A DNA stretch of 64,000 nt from Patescibacteria group bacterium (GTDB lineage Bacteria > Patescibacteriota > Minisyncoccia > Phycocordibacterales > PALSA-1337): NCBI GenBank assembly GCA_038065395.1, contig JBBTRB010000004.1:135178-199177 (forward strand), given 5' to 3'. Of the stretch, positions 35,477 through 45,672 are shown piece after piece. The notes beneath the pieces were generated by a model. That model saw nothing but the letters and a program-made list of their open reading frames with translations. It was not told where the DNA came from and searched no databases. The translations under genes and the position numbers were made by a program. Every line of letters starts with the position of its first letter. Within the stretch, counting starts at the first letter, position 1.

Positions 35477-37112
35477 GAATGATCTATCTGGAGAGAATAT
35501 ACAGGCATATACGGAAGTAGAGAATGTTCAAAGTTCTCAACATACGATGAGGCGTCAATTCATCACATATACTGGATTGTTAGCGATACTTCTCGGGGCT
35601 TTTAAAATATATTTCGATTCAAACGTATTAATAACAGGTCTACTATATGTATATCGCGGTATCCCAAATCCTCCTCAGCCAGGGTTCGCAGTCACCATAA
35701 TTGTGTATGTTGTATGTTTGGTATATATCATATTAGGTAAACGAATCATCGATCAAAAAGATAAAAATGTTCGAACTTTTATTCGTATACTGACGTTTAT
35801 TTCGATCATTCTGACCATATATGAAACTCTTAGACCAAATTTATTCGCAGCATTTATTGCTGCACTTGTTCCGTTTCTGGTCTGTGCGGACATACTTATA
35901 GGAAAGATATTGAAATCCGAGGAATTCAAAAAGAGTCTATATACACCCAATTATTATTTTAATATACCTACTACACTCATATATACAGGCATCACCATCT
36001 TACTGGTTATAGGTGCTTCGTTCCTGGAAAGAAAGATCTATCCTCCGGTAATCTGGGTGACATATCAGGATATGGATCATGGATTTCAAATTTCGTATCC
36101 TTCATGGTTGCGGTCTGTCAATTCGGCTGAACATAGGAATGGAACAAGAGAATATCTTATGCCTGAGGCATTCAACAGAATTATTGAGATCGCTGATGTT
36201 ATATCAACCACTACGAAACCTTATTTTAGAGGGTATATGAATATTACATCATCACTTTGGAGTCCTGAGAGTTCAGAGGATATGGTTGAAAAGTTGAAAA
36301 TGTCTATTGCCCAAAGGAGTTCATCGCCCCAAGCATCTACAACACCTGCCGTATATGAAGAGATTACTTTGGGAAATCAGAAATTTTATTCATTATTATA
36401 TTTGCCAACTGCCAAAAGAGAAAATTATACACGACAGATATACGTTTTTGTTCCGGCATATGACCTTTTCGGGATACATCAACCATCTAGAGTGCTTCTC
36501 TTGGAGTATACTCCAGCCAATTATCCAATCTTCCAGGAAATCTCCTCAACATTAAAAATGATCCCGATAGTTCCTACTGATGAAGGGTTATGGAATAGTA
36601 TCAGTGAACATACAGATATCTCATGGTGTGATCATATGGACAATGAAGAAATGAGATATGCTTGTCGTGTGCAAATACGCGGATATCCTATTGTAGAAAA
36701 ATATCCTTTAAATTTGGACATGATTCTTGGTCAAGATGGAACGGTTGAAATTATAGGCACATCCACTCTCAAGATTTCAACTTCAAAGCTTGACTCTAAT
36801 GCAACACAATTGGGATCTTGGATAATGTTTGCAACCACCACTGGCGAAGGGTTGTGGGCAATTAATTTTGACGCTACATTTGAAAATAGTGAGAAAGCGG
36901 AGAGTTTACTTTCTATGTATTGGGGTGACGAGAAGATCGGAAGTATCGACGGAAGAATGGTGTCCATGTCAGGCGATCTAGGTCCTTGGTTCTTCGCCTC
37001 GACTACTAAAAATAATAGTCTATATCCATTCGGTTTTCGTCTGGATTCATTTGTATCTGCGGGTACCACCTCCGTAATCATAAAGAACATCAGAGCAGAA
37101 TCTTTCCGATAG
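35475..37112 (+). CDS. Membrane protein (multi-TM N-terminus) with an extracytoplasmic C-terminal domain paralogous to the C-terminus of the 32288..35002 protein
   Basis: WAINFDATFENSEKAESLLSMYWGDEKIGSIDGRMVSMS aligns with VNFVSFDARYSGVQGSRNILTVYWDTNIIGQIDEKVVSS. FGFRLDSF aligns with LGFRVDPY. Confidence 0.6.
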   Translation: MNDLSGENIQAYTEVENVQSSQHTMRRQFITYTGLLAILLGAFKIYFDSNVLITGLLYVYRGIPNPPQPGFAVTIIVYVVCLVYIILGKRIIDQKDKNVRTFIRILTFISIILTIYETLRPNLFAAFIAALVPFLVCADILIGKILKSEEFKKSLYTPNYYFNIPTTLIYTGITILLVIGASFLERKIYPPVIWVTYQDMDHGFQISYPSWLRSVNSAEHRNGTREYLMPEAFNRIIEIADVISTTTKPYFRGYMNITSSLWSPESSEDMVEKLKMSIAQRSSSPQASTTPAVYEEITLGNQKFYSLLYLPTAKRENYTRQIYVFVPAYDLFGIHQPSRVLLLEYTPANYPIFQEISSTLKMIPIVPTDEGLWNSISEHTDISWCDHMDNEEMRYACRVQIRGYPIVEKYPLNLDMILGQDGTVEIIGTSTLKISTSKLDSNATQLGSWIMFATTTGEGLWAINFDATFENSEKAESLLSMYWGDEKIGSIDGRMVSMSGDLGPWFFASTTKNNSLYPFGFRLDSFVSAGTTSVIIKNIRAESFR

Positions 37113-37134
37113 TAAGACGTCTTGTAGGAGTACA

Positions 37135-37326
37135 CTAAAATCTCCACCCTAGGCACTTAATTTCCAGTGCAACGGGTTAGTTACCATTAAGGTACGAATT
37201 GCCAGGACGATCCCACAGCTGGACCAGGTGACCATCTCAAACCATCTTGGCTTTATTGAATGATCCCTGCGACTTACGCTCTGAGACCCTTTAATATATC
37301 TCTGGATTTCTAAGGTGGAGATTTTA
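37135..37326. ncRNA. Candidate structured noncoding element (~190 nt) closed by a 13-14 bp inverted repeat (ctaaaatctccacc / ggtggagattttaa). Identity unknown
   Basis: Intergenic between convergently ending and starting + strand genes. No ORF. The long closing stem was read directly. Confidence 0.35.
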
Positions 37327-37396
37327 ATGAACTCCGTTTAATTATACAGGCGGTCACATGTTTTACAAGTCGAGTCTAAACAAGTAGACTTATCAT

Positions 37397-38515
37397 ATGC
37401 AAAACCCTCTGATCATAGGCCTCATCATCGCACTTCTGATAGTCGTCGTACTGGTCATACTTCTCCTACGACGCAAGGATGGCTCTACGGTTGCGGGAGA
37501 GGGCACAGACGCTATGAAGCTGGTTCTGGAACAGATGAATGCCAATATGCACGAATTGTCACGGACGCTCGATCGCAAGGTGGGGGATCTGACCAAGACC
37601 GTTGATGCCAAGATCGGAGATTCGTCACGTTCGATGCAGGAGTCCGTACGAGTACAGCTCTCCGAGTCCTCCAAGCTGATCAAAGAAGTCACAGCAGGAC
37701 TGACCAAGCTCGATGAGACCAACAAGCAAGTGGTGTCTTTCGCCGATCAGCTACAAAATCTCCAGGATATCCTCAAGAATCCCAAACAGCGTGGAGTGCT
37801 GGGAGAATACTATCTCGAAACACTTCTGAAAAACGTCTTACCTCCAGGGGGGTACCAGATGCAATATCAGCTCGGCAAAGACGAGAGTGGCAAAGACTTG
37901 ATCCCCGACGCAGTCGTCTTTGTGAAAGAAAAGATCATTCCAGTGGACTCCAAGTTCTCTCTGGAGAATTACAACAAATACATCGAGGCACGAGAACCTG
38001 CTGACAAAGAACGCTTCGAGAAACTCTTTGTCTCGGATCTCAAGAACCGCATCGTCGAAACATCCAAATACATCCAGCCATCCAAGAACACCATGGACTT
38101 TGCTTTCATGTTCATCCCGCATGAGGCTATCTACTACGACCTTCTGATCGGCAAAGTCGGTGGAGCAGGCGAAGACAGTGACAACCTCATCCAGCGTGCC
38201 GCTGGCAAGTACAAAGTGATCATCGTGTCACCGACATCATTCCTGGCATATCTACAGACAGTACTCCAAGGTCTCAAGGCTCTGCAGATCGAAGAAACTG
38301 CCAAAGACATCGTCAAACGTGTCGACGAGCTCGGTACGCATCTCAAGAAATACGAGGAGTATCACAGCAAGCTCGGTGTGTCACTCTCGACGGTGGTCAA
38401 CCATTACAATAGTTCTGGCAAAGAACTCAAGAAAGTAGACAAAGACGTCCTGCGTATCACCGGCTCTGCACCGGGTATCGAGATACCGATGATCGAACGA
38501 CCGGAAGGGGAGTAA
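37397..38515 (+). CDS. rmuC: DNA recombination protein RmuC
   Basis: N-terminal TM, coiled coil, then NPKQRGVLGEYYLETLLKNVLP and PDAVVFVKEKIIPVDSKF blocks typical of RmuC. Confidence 0.8.
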   Translation: MQNPLIIGLIIALLIVVVLVILLLRRKDGSTVAGEGTDAMKLVLEQMNANMHELSRTLDRKVGDLTKTVDAKIGDSSRSMQESVRVQLSESSKLIKEVTAGLTKLDETNKQVVSFADQLQNLQDILKNPKQRGVLGEYYLETLLKNVLPPGGYQMQYQLGKDESGKDLIPDAVVFVKEKIIPVDSKFSLENYNKYIEAREPADKERFEKLFVSDLKNRIVETSKYIQPSKNTMDFAFMFIPHEAIYYDLLIGKVGGAGEDSDNLIQRAAGKYKVIIVSPTSFLAYLQTVLQGLKALQIEETAKDIVKRVDELGTHLKKYEEYHSKLGVSLSTVVNHYNSSGKELKKVDKDVLRITGSAPGIEIPMIERPEGE

Positions 38516-38594
38516 ATAATGGACTAGCTCCAAGAAAAATCCCGTCCGGAGCATAGGCTCGGGACGGGGTGTTGGGAGTGGGGTCAGTTCAAGA

Positions 38595-38954
38595 TTAATT
38601 CCTCCGGAGCTCTTCGACATGAAGATCGGGAAGGAACGGGCACCAGCAATTGATGATATGCAAGGCGTCGTCGTGGCTCATCTCAAGAAGTTCTTCTTGG
38701 AGGATGAGAATGAATGTCACTGCTTCGCCCTCAAGAGTACCTCGGAAGGTGAATTGGAATGAATCCATCTCCCGGTAAATGACCGCAACTTTGTTGATAT
38801 GTCCACGAAGATCGATCCGAGGACTGAAGACTTCTCCTGTCAGGCGACCTTCCATTTCTCGATGGCAGGTGTAGAGGAGTCTCAAGATTTCACGACCGAC
38901 CGGAGTTTTCAATGCGTGTACAGAAACAGTTCGAAACAAGGCTTCAGTTTTCAT
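38595..38954 (-). CDS. Hypothetical protein (~120 aa)
   Basis: ORF from MKTEALFRTV. No recognised motif. The longer ORF start at 39155 overlaps rplU. Confidence 0.4.
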   Translation of the reverse strand: MKTEALFRTVSVHALKTPVGREILRLLYTCHREMEGRLTGEVFSPRIDLRGHINKVAVIYREMDSFQFTFRGTLEGEAVTFILILQEELLEMSHDDALHIINCWCPFLPDLHVEELRRN

Positions 38955-39119
38955 TGATCCTTTTGGTTGACTGTGAGAGGAACTTCTGGTCTTGTATAAT
39001 ACCACCTTATCATTATTTTGTAAAGCCCTTTGTTGAAAAAGGGGGATAATGAGCCAAAAACAGCTCGGAAGCCTGCAAAGTATTGCAAAATATAACAAAC
39101 CGTGTAGAATATGAGATCT

Positions 39120-39437
39120 ATGGAATTTGCAGTTATCCAAACAGGCGGCAAGCAATACAATGTCTCAAAAGGTGACGTTATCACCATTGAGAAGCTTATT
39201 GGCGAATACAAAGAGGGTGACAAGATCACCTTCGACCAGGTCCTCCTCGTAGATAACGGCACAGACACTACTATCGGCACTCCTCATATCGCAAAGGCAC
39301 AGGTTACGGGTACCATCACACAGATCGGCCGTTCTCCGAAGGTTGAGGTAGTCAAATACAAACAAAAGAGTCGCTATCACAAGCGCAACACTCATCGTCA
39401 GCCATTCTTCAAGGTCAAAATAGACGCGATCAAGTAG
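39120..39437 (+). CDS. rplU: 50S ribosomal protein L21
   Basis: MEFAVIQTGGKQYNVSKGDVITIEKL. Confidence 0.9.
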   Translation: MEFAVIQTGGKQYNVSKGDVITIEKLIGEYKEGDKITFDQVLLVDNGTDTTIGTPHIAKAQVTGTITQIGRSPKVEVVKYKQKSRYHKRNTHRQPFFKVKIDAIK

Positions 39438-39438
39438 C

Positions 39439-39467
39439 AAAATCCCTCAGATATCTGAGGGATTTTT
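39439..39467 (+). terminator. Rho-independent terminator (aaaatccctcaga tatc tgagggatttt)
   Basis: Perfect 13-bp stem plus T-run directly after rplU. Confidence 0.85.
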
Positions 39468-39478
39468 CGTGCTATTTT

Positions 39479-40090
39479 CTACTGTCGATTCCTCAAAGCG
39501 TTCTTGATCGTTTCTCGGTCGACGTATTCGAGTTCGGCACCAGTTGAGAGACCTCGGCCGAGGACGGTGATGCGTACCGAGCCACCTGCAACGATCTTGA
39601 GTAGGGCGTCTTTGACGATAGTGGCAGTATGCTCACCATCGGGGGTGGTGTTGAGCGAAAGGATGATCTCTTGGATACCCGGAGATGACGAGACTCTTTC
39701 GAGTAGAGATTTGAGGCGGATCCTCTTGTCAGGTTCCTTGTCCATGAGGGGCACTGCACCGCCAAGGATAAAATAGAGACCTTGATAGGCACCACTCTTC
39801 TCTATAGTCTCAAAGTCCGAATCTCGGGCCACGATCATCAAGATAGTGTGGTCACGGTTACGATCGGAACAGAGAGAACAGATGCCTCCTCCCGCCTTCT
39901 TCTCGAAGAACAGCCGATGACAGGAGGGGCACTCGGAGGTTGCTTTGCGGACTTCATCTACAAGCGTCGTGAACTCCTTGATGAAAGAAGGGGACTTGTT
40001 GAGCAGATAGTATACGAACCGTCGAGCTTGGCGGGGACCAATGCCGGGGAAGTGTGAGAATATCTCTTCGAGTCTATGCAGGGAGTCCAT
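39479..40090 (-). CDS. recR: Recombination protein RecR
   Basis: FPGIGPRQARRF HhH, CxxC...CxxC zinc finger, Toprim. Confidence 0.9.
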   Translation of the reverse strand: MDSLHRLEEIFSHFPGIGPRQARRFVYYLLNKSPSFIKEFTTLVDEVRKATSECPSCHRLFFEKKAGGGICSLCSDRNRDHTILMIVARDSDFETIEKSGAYQGLYFILGGAVPLMDKEPDKRIRLKSLLERVSSSPGIQEIILSLNTTPDGEHTATIVKDALLKIVAGGSVRITVLGRGLSTGAELEYVDRETIKNALRNRQ

Positions 40091-40092
40091 GG

Positions 40093-41475
40093 CTACATCT
40101 TATCAAAATCTCCAAAATCCGCCTTATCGATACTGAGGAAGGTGGTTTTCTTGGTGTCGAAGTGGAGTTTGGCGATACCGGTCGGGCCGTTGCGGTGCTT
40201 TTCGATAAGGATCTCGGCTTCTTCTTTGCGGCCACCTTGGTCGGCATCGGACTCACGATGGATGAACATCACCACGTCGGCGTCTTGCTCGATCGAACCT
40301 GAGTCGCGGAGGTCAGAGAGGCGAGGTTTGCCGCCACGTTGCTCGACGGCACGAGAGAGCTGTGACAGTGCAAGGACGGGCACGTCGAGCTCGCGAGCCA
40401 GGTTCTTGAGCGAGCGGGAGATCTCAGTGACTTGTTGGACGATGTTGTCGTTGTTACGGTTGGCGTTGGTCGGGAGCATGAGCTGGAGATAGTCGACTAC
40501 GATGAGGCCGAGACCCTTCTCGTTTTTGAGACGACGAGCGACTGCACGCATCTTGAGGATATTGTTACCTGGCTGGTCATCGATGAAGATCGGCGCTTCG
40601 GACAGGCGGCCGATGGCTTCACCGATTGCCTTGAAGTCATCTTGTGCCGAGAGGTTGTGACCAGTTCGGATCTTCCAGGCATCCACCTGAGACTCTGCAG
40701 AGAGCATACGGTCTACCAGCTGTTGTGAGCTCATTTCGAGTGAAAAGATAGCGACAGGGACTTTGTGGTTGATGGCGGATTTGCGGGCAATATCGAGGGC
40801 AAGAGAGGTCTTTCCCATCGAAGGTCGGGCGGCCAGGATGATCAGGTCGGACTTTTGGAAGCCGGCGAGCTTGTTATCGATCTCGGGGAAGCCACTCGGT
40901 ACACCACGGAGCTCGTCGCGCGTCTTGTGGAGATGATCGAGTCTCTCCCAGGCTTCGGACAGGGTGTCTTTGAGGGCGATGAACTTGTGGGAGCCAGACT
41001 TGTTGGTGACGCGATAGAGAGCTTTCTCGGCACGTTCGAGGATGTCGTGGAGCTCGAGCTCTTCCTCGTAGCCGAGGCTGTTGATCTGCTCTGCCGAGCG
41101 TAGGAGTTCGCGGAGGACATGCTTCTTCTCGACAATATCTGCGTAGTGTTCGGCGTTGGTCGAAGAAGGGACGATGTTGATGAGCTCGGAGAGATAGGCC
41201 ATGCCGCCAGCTTGGTCGAGGAGATTCTTCTCTTTGAGGCGAGACGAGAGGGAGAGTATGTCGATCGGGGAGCTCTTGCTATGGAGTTCGAACAACGCCG
41301 CCCAAATGATGCGGTGCTGGTTCGAATAGAACGACTGTTCGCCGATAATGTCGGTGATATCATGCATGACCTCGCTGCGGATCATAATAGAACCGAGAAG
41401 GGCCTTTTCGGCCTCGGCATTTTGTGGAGGGATTTTGAGATCCTTAGCTTTGATATAAGGGGATACCTGGCTCAT
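40093..41475 (-). CDS. dnaB: Replicative DNA helicase DnaB
   Basis: IPPQNAEAEKALLGSIM N-terminus. Walker A ILAARPSMGKTSLAL. RecA-fold motifs. Confidence 0.9.
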   Translation of the reverse strand: MSQVSPYIKAKDLKIPPQNAEAEKALLGSIMIRSEVMHDITDIIGEQSFYSNQHRIIWAALFELHSKSSPIDILSLSSRLKEKNLLDQAGGMAYLSELINIVPSSTNAEHYADIVEKKHVLRELLRSAEQINSLGYEEELELHDILERAEKALYRVTNKSGSHKFIALKDTLSEAWERLDHLHKTRDELRGVPSGFPEIDNKLAGFQKSDLIILAARPSMGKTSLALDIARKSAINHKVPVAIFSLEMSSQQLVDRMLSAESQVDAWKIRTGHNLSAQDDFKAIGEAIGRLSEAPIFIDDQPGNNILKMRAVARRLKNEKGLGLIVVDYLQLMLPTNANRNNDNIVQQVTEISRSLKNLARELDVPVLALSQLSRAVEQRGGKPRLSDLRDSGSIEQDADVVMFIHRESDADQGGRKEEAEILIEKHRNGPTGIAKLHFDTKKTTFLSIDKADFGDFDKM

Positions 41476-41642
41476 GGCGACATTGTATCACGCTGGGCTA
41501 TTCGAACCGCAAGCAGTTCAGGGGAATCCTTGGGGGACAAGATGGGGACATGAAATCCTGGAGGAACTTTTAAAATTCATACGGACTTTAACCTGTTTTC
41601 ATACCTTTTTGAGACTAAATTCATACAGATTTTATCTCTCCC

Positions 41643-41942
41643 TTGTACAGTAGGTTTATTATCCATAACACATACACATATATGTCACTTGAACACACAG
41701 ATATAGAGGTGATCGAAAAGCTTATTTACAAAAATGGCGACGATATCGCCGTGTCGATCTCGCGGAGCTTCGAACGGCTGGAGGAACGCATCGATGCTGC
41801 AGAGTCACGGATATATTCCAGGGTTTCTGATGTCGAAGACAAGATAGAGTCATTGCGACAGGATGTCTCTGACGAGTTGATCGAAGTCAAGAACGAGGTG
41901 CGAGATTTTGTTCGTTTGCGCGAGAGGGTGGAATATAATTGA
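41643..41942 (+). CDS. Hypothetical coiled-coil protein
   Basis: ORF only. Charged heptad-like sequence. Confidence 0.4.
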   Translation: MYSRFIIHNTYTYMSLEHTDIEVIEKLIYKNGDDIAVSISRSFERLEERIDAAESRIYSRVSDVEDKIESLRQDVSDELIEVKNEVRDFVRLRERVEYN

Positions 41943-41944
41943 TG

Positions 41945-43297
41945 TTACGCCACGATCTTGAACCCAGTTTCGGTATCGAGGAGTGTATAACCTCGAGCTT
42001 CAATCTCAGAGCGCAGAGCGTCGGCTTTGACCCAGTCTTTGTTGGCACGGGCTTCTTGGCGGGCATCAGCGAGAGCCTGGATCTCAGGGGGGATAGGGGA
42101 GGTGTCATCTTCGACGGTAGGGATGGTGGCGAGACTGAACCCGAACACGCGGTCAAAGTCGAGTAACGTCGCGCGTTTGTCTGCATCAGAGACCGAAGCG
42201 TCCTTGATCAGTTCCCACATCAATGCAACCGCCTGGGCAGTGTCGATGTCGTCGTTGATATATGCGAGGAATCGCTCACGATATGAGGTATTGATCGCTC
42301 CACCTTGAGGATAGTTGCCTGCAGTATGGAGAAGTCTCAAAAGGGCATTTTGTGCGCCACGGATGGCTTCAAAAGAGAAGTTGACCGGTGAGCGATAGTG
42401 CGCAGTCAGGAGCCAGTATCGATAGGTCAGAGGTGAGATCATCTCTCGTTGCAGATCTTCGAGCTTGGTGGTGTTGCCTTTGGACTTGGCCATCTTTTCG
42501 TCGTGGATCGTCATGAAGCCACCGTGTACCCAATATCGGACAAACTGCTTGCCCGTTGCCGACTCGGACTGAGCGATCTCGTTGGTATGGTGAGGGAATA
42601 CGAGGTCAGAACCGCCAGTATGGATGTCGATCGTTGCTCCGAGTGCCTCCATGGCCATGGCCGAACATTCGATATGCCAACCAGGGCGGCCTGCACCGAA
42701 CGGAGCATCCCAAGAAACATCTCCATCAGCTGGTGTGTGGAACTTCCAAAGGGCGAAGTCACGTGGACTGTCCTTGTCGTATTCATCGTTGGTGATGCGT
42801 TCCTTGGATATGGCAGAAGGGTCGATATGCGCGAGCGCGCCGTAGTCTTTGACCTTGGCAACACTCATATAGACACCGTCGTCGGCTTTGTATGCTACAC
42901 CTTTCTCCAGGAGCGTAGTGATGAGTGCGATCATCGAACCGATATGCTCGGTCGCTCGTACGACAGAGTGAGGAGTCAATATATTGAGAGACTCGAGTCC
43001 GTCGAGGAAGAGTTTCTCGTATTTCCGAGTAAGCTCAGTGAGTGGGAGGTGTTCTTCGCTGCTCTTGCGGATGGTTTTGTCGTCGACATCGGTGATATTC
43101 ATCACGTGGTTGACCTGGTAATCATTGTACTCGAAGACTCGACGGAGCAGGTCGTTGAGCACAAAAGAGCGATAGTTGCCGATATGAGGAGTGTCATAGA
43201 CTGTCGGACCGCAACTATACATGGTGACTGTGCCAGGGGTGAGCGGGGTGAATGTTTCCGTGGAGCGGGAAAGGGTATTGTGGAGCCGAATATCCAT
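41945..43297 (-). CDS. cysS: Cysteinyl-tRNA synthetase
   Basis: HIGH region CGPTVYDTPHIGNYRSFV. KMAKSKGN. Confidence 0.9.
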   Translation of the reverse strand: MDIRLHNTLSRSTETFTPLTPGTVTMYSCGPTVYDTPHIGNYRSFVLNDLLRRVFEYNDYQVNHVMNITDVDDKTIRKSSEEHLPLTELTRKYEKLFLDGLESLNILTPHSVVRATEHIGSMIALITTLLEKGVAYKADDGVYMSVAKVKDYGALAHIDPSAISKERITNDEYDKDSPRDFALWKFHTPADGDVSWDAPFGAGRPGWHIECSAMAMEALGATIDIHTGGSDLVFPHHTNEIAQSESATGKQFVRYWVHGGFMTIHDEKMAKSKGNTTKLEDLQREMISPLTYRYWLLTAHYRSPVNFSFEAIRGAQNALLRLLHTAGNYPQGGAINTSYRERFLAYINDDIDTAQAVALMWELIKDASVSDADKRATLLDFDRVFGFSLATIPTVEDDTSPIPPEIQALADARQEARANKDWVKADALRSEIEARGYTLLDTETGFKIVA

Positions 43298-43358
43298 ATG
43301 GAGACATTATATGGATATTTCTTGGATTTCACAATGATGTATGAGATAATATTATTCT

Positions 43359-44567
43359 ATGAAATTTTCGTCTCAGAAGTATGCCATCACCCATGTAAGT
43401 GTGATCGTGGTCATCTTCACTTTCTTCCTCGGAGCATATGTGGGCAAACATGCCACACCCCAAGGGTCCACCGACTCGAGTTTCACCAATACCGAAGTCG
43501 TAGATCGTGCACAGTTCGACCCATTCTGGAAAGCCTGGAACATTCTCGAGGAGAGATACGTCGAGGCGGCCAGTACCACTGCCGAAGCTCGAGTCTGGGG
43601 ATCGATCAAGGGTCTGGCTTCTTCATACAACGATCCGTATACCGTATTCTTCCCACCGGTTGAGTCCAAGTCCTTCCAAGAAGAAATCTCCGGCAATTTC
43701 GAAGGAGTCGGCATGGAGATCGGCATCAAAGATGGCCAGCTCCGTGTCGTTGCACCACTCAAGAACAGTCCCGCCGAGAAGGCTGGCGTGAGAACGGGTG
43801 ACATCATCGTCAAGATTGGCGAGACCTTCACCACAGACATGAGTGTCGATGCCGCCGTCAAACTCATCCGCGGTACCCAGGGCACACAGGTTACCATCAC
43901 CTTCCTCCCTCAGGGTGGTACCAAGACCGTCGACCGCACTATCACTCGATCGGTCATCAATATCCCCACCATCGAGACCAGCACCAAACCAGGCGGCATA
44001 TTCGTCATCAAGCTCTTTAGTTTCTCGGCTCAGTCAGCGTCTCTCTTCCGTGGAGCACTGCGCGAGTTCGCAGAGTCAGGTAACCACAAGCTCATTCTCG
44101 ATCTTCGTGGCAACCCCGGTGGATATCTCGACGCGGCCTGGGACATGGCGTCCTGGTTCCTCCCAGCAGGCAAGGTAGTGATCATCGAGGATTTTGGCAA
44201 GAATGCCGACCAAAAGCTCTATCGCAGTAAGGGCTACAATGTCTTTACAGACAAGCTAAAGATGGTTATCCTGGTTGACGGTGGTTCTGCATCAGCGTCA
44301 GAGATCCTGTCAGGGGCTCTCCAGGAACATGGAGTCGCCAAGCTCGTCGGTACAGAGACATTCGGCAAGGGTTCGGTACAGGAGCTCGTGAATATCACCT
44401 CCAACACGTCGCTCAAGGTCACGATCGCTCGCTGGATGACTCCGAACGGCCACAACCTCTCCAAAGAAGGCCTCAAGCCTGACTATGAGGTCAAAGTAAC
44501 CGAAAAAGACATCGCAGCTCTCAGGGATGCGCAGATGGAGAAGGCAATAGAGGTGTTGAATAATTAA
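43359..44567 (+). CDS. ctpA: Carboxyl-terminal processing protease (S41) with PDZ domain
   Basis: PDZ GDIIVKIGE. S41 core GNPGGYL...SASASEILSGAL. Confidence 0.8.
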   Translation: MKFSSQKYAITHVSVIVVIFTFFLGAYVGKHATPQGSTDSSFTNTEVVDRAQFDPFWKAWNILEERYVEAASTTAEARVWGSIKGLASSYNDPYTVFFPPVESKSFQEEISGNFEGVGMEIGIKDGQLRVVAPLKNSPAEKAGVRTGDIIVKIGETFTTDMSVDAAVKLIRGTQGTQVTITFLPQGGTKTVDRTITRSVINIPTIETSTKPGGIFVIKLFSFSAQSASLFRGALREFAESGNHKLILDLRGNPGGYLDAAWDMASWFLPAGKVVIIEDFGKNADQKLYRSKGYNVFTDKLKMVILVDGGSASASEILSGALQEHGVAKLVGTETFGKGSVQELVNITSNTSLKVTIARWMTPNGHNLSKEGLKPDYEVKVTEKDIAALRDAQMEKAIEVLNN

Positions 44568-44590
44568 TCCTTAATACTCAGAATACACAT

Positions 44591-45037
44591 ATGAAAGTCA
44601 TCCTTTTGAAAGACGTTCCGAAACTCGGCAGACGCTTCGATATCAAAGAAGTCAGTAGTGGTCATGCGCTCAACTTCCTCATCCCACGCGGGCTTGTGGC
44701 TGCGGGCACACCCGATGCTCTCAAGAAATACGAGATAGAAAAGCACAAGATGTCAGCAGAGAAGAAGATCCACGAAGACCTCCTCCTCAAGAACCTCAAG
44801 GAGATCGAACAGGTTACTCTACGAGTTTCTGGTAAGGCCAATGACAAAGGACACCTATTCGCTGGTCTCCATCGCGAAGAGATCGCCGCAGAGCTCGCCA
44901 GTCAGTCTCGTGTCCAAGTCGACCCTTCATTCATCATGCTCGATCATCCGATCAAAGAGGTTGGTGAACATAAGATCACTGTCAGTGGAGGAGGGAAGAC
45001 CGCTGTCTTTACTCTGATAGTTGAGGCGAAGAAATAA
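44591..45037 (+). CDS. rplI: 50S ribosomal protein L9
   Basis: MKVILLKDVPKLGRRFDIKEV. Confidence 0.9.
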   Translation: MKVILLKDVPKLGRRFDIKEVSSGHALNFLIPRGLVAAGTPDALKKYEIEKHKMSAEKKIHEDLLLKNLKEIEQVTLRVSGKANDKGHLFAGLHREEIAAELASQSRVQVDPSFIMLDHPIKEVGEHKITVSGGGKTAVFTLIVEAKK

Positions 45038-45077
45038 GAAGGCAGGGTAACTAGAGAAAAGTAACTGGTAACAAGAA

Positions 45078-45108
45078 AAAGCCCCTGGTTTTTGCCAAGG
45101 GTTTTTCT
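45078..45108. terminator. Bidirectional terminator between convergent rplI and rpmA (A-run, GC hairpin, T-run), nested in a larger 20-bp inverted repeat (45055..45130)
   Basis: aaaaagcccctggtttttgccaagggttttt read directly. Confidence 0.6.
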
Positions 45109-45152
45109 ACTTTCTAGTTACGAGTTACTTTTCTCCTATTACACTCCTTCAC

Positions 45153-45425
45153 TTACACAACATGCACGATGTTTTTTCTGAGGATGCGGTCGTTGAAACC
45201 AGTCTTGCGCTTTGTGGTGAAGCTGATAACGCCATCCTTGAGAGCAAAGAGGGTATAGTCCTTACCAACACCGACGTTCTTGCCTGGGAGGCAGGTTGTG
45301 CCACGCTGACGGAGGATGATCTGTCCGGTAAGGGCCTTTTGACCGTGGTTGAGCTTGACCCCAAGGTATTTGGGATTGGAATCTCTACCGTTTTTTGTTG
45401 TACCCGCGGCTTTCTTTGTTGCCAT
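45153..45425 (-). CDS. rpmA: 50S ribosomal protein L27
   Basis: [24 protein letters not shown]. Confidence 0.9.
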   Translation of the reverse strand: MATKKAAGTTKNGRDSNPKYLGVKLNHGQKALTGQIILRQRGTTCLPGKNVGVGKDYTLFALKDGVISFTTKRKTGFNDRILRKNIVHVV

Positions 45426-45672
45426 AGTAGTGGGGAATAGTATAGCACAGGCTTATAAATATGCAATTCTTTTGTTTAAGTCATATCTCTAGACCACTAA
45501 AAGTTGCATAAGTAAAAAATGGCTTAGAATAAGGGCATTTTACACTATAAATATGGCTCAACAGAGCCATTTTACGGCACATACCCCTTGACTTCCTGGA
45601 CGATAAATGCTAGACTTATGTGTACAAGTGAGCTCGAGTGACTTCATGGTCATAAGAGCTCGCTTTTAAATT

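Noticed and set aside
37135-37326. Assignment of the IR-bounded element to 6S RNA or SRP RNA
   Set aside because: I could not find the SRP domain IV motif or a convincing 6S central bubble by eye. Left as an unclassified candidate ncRNA.
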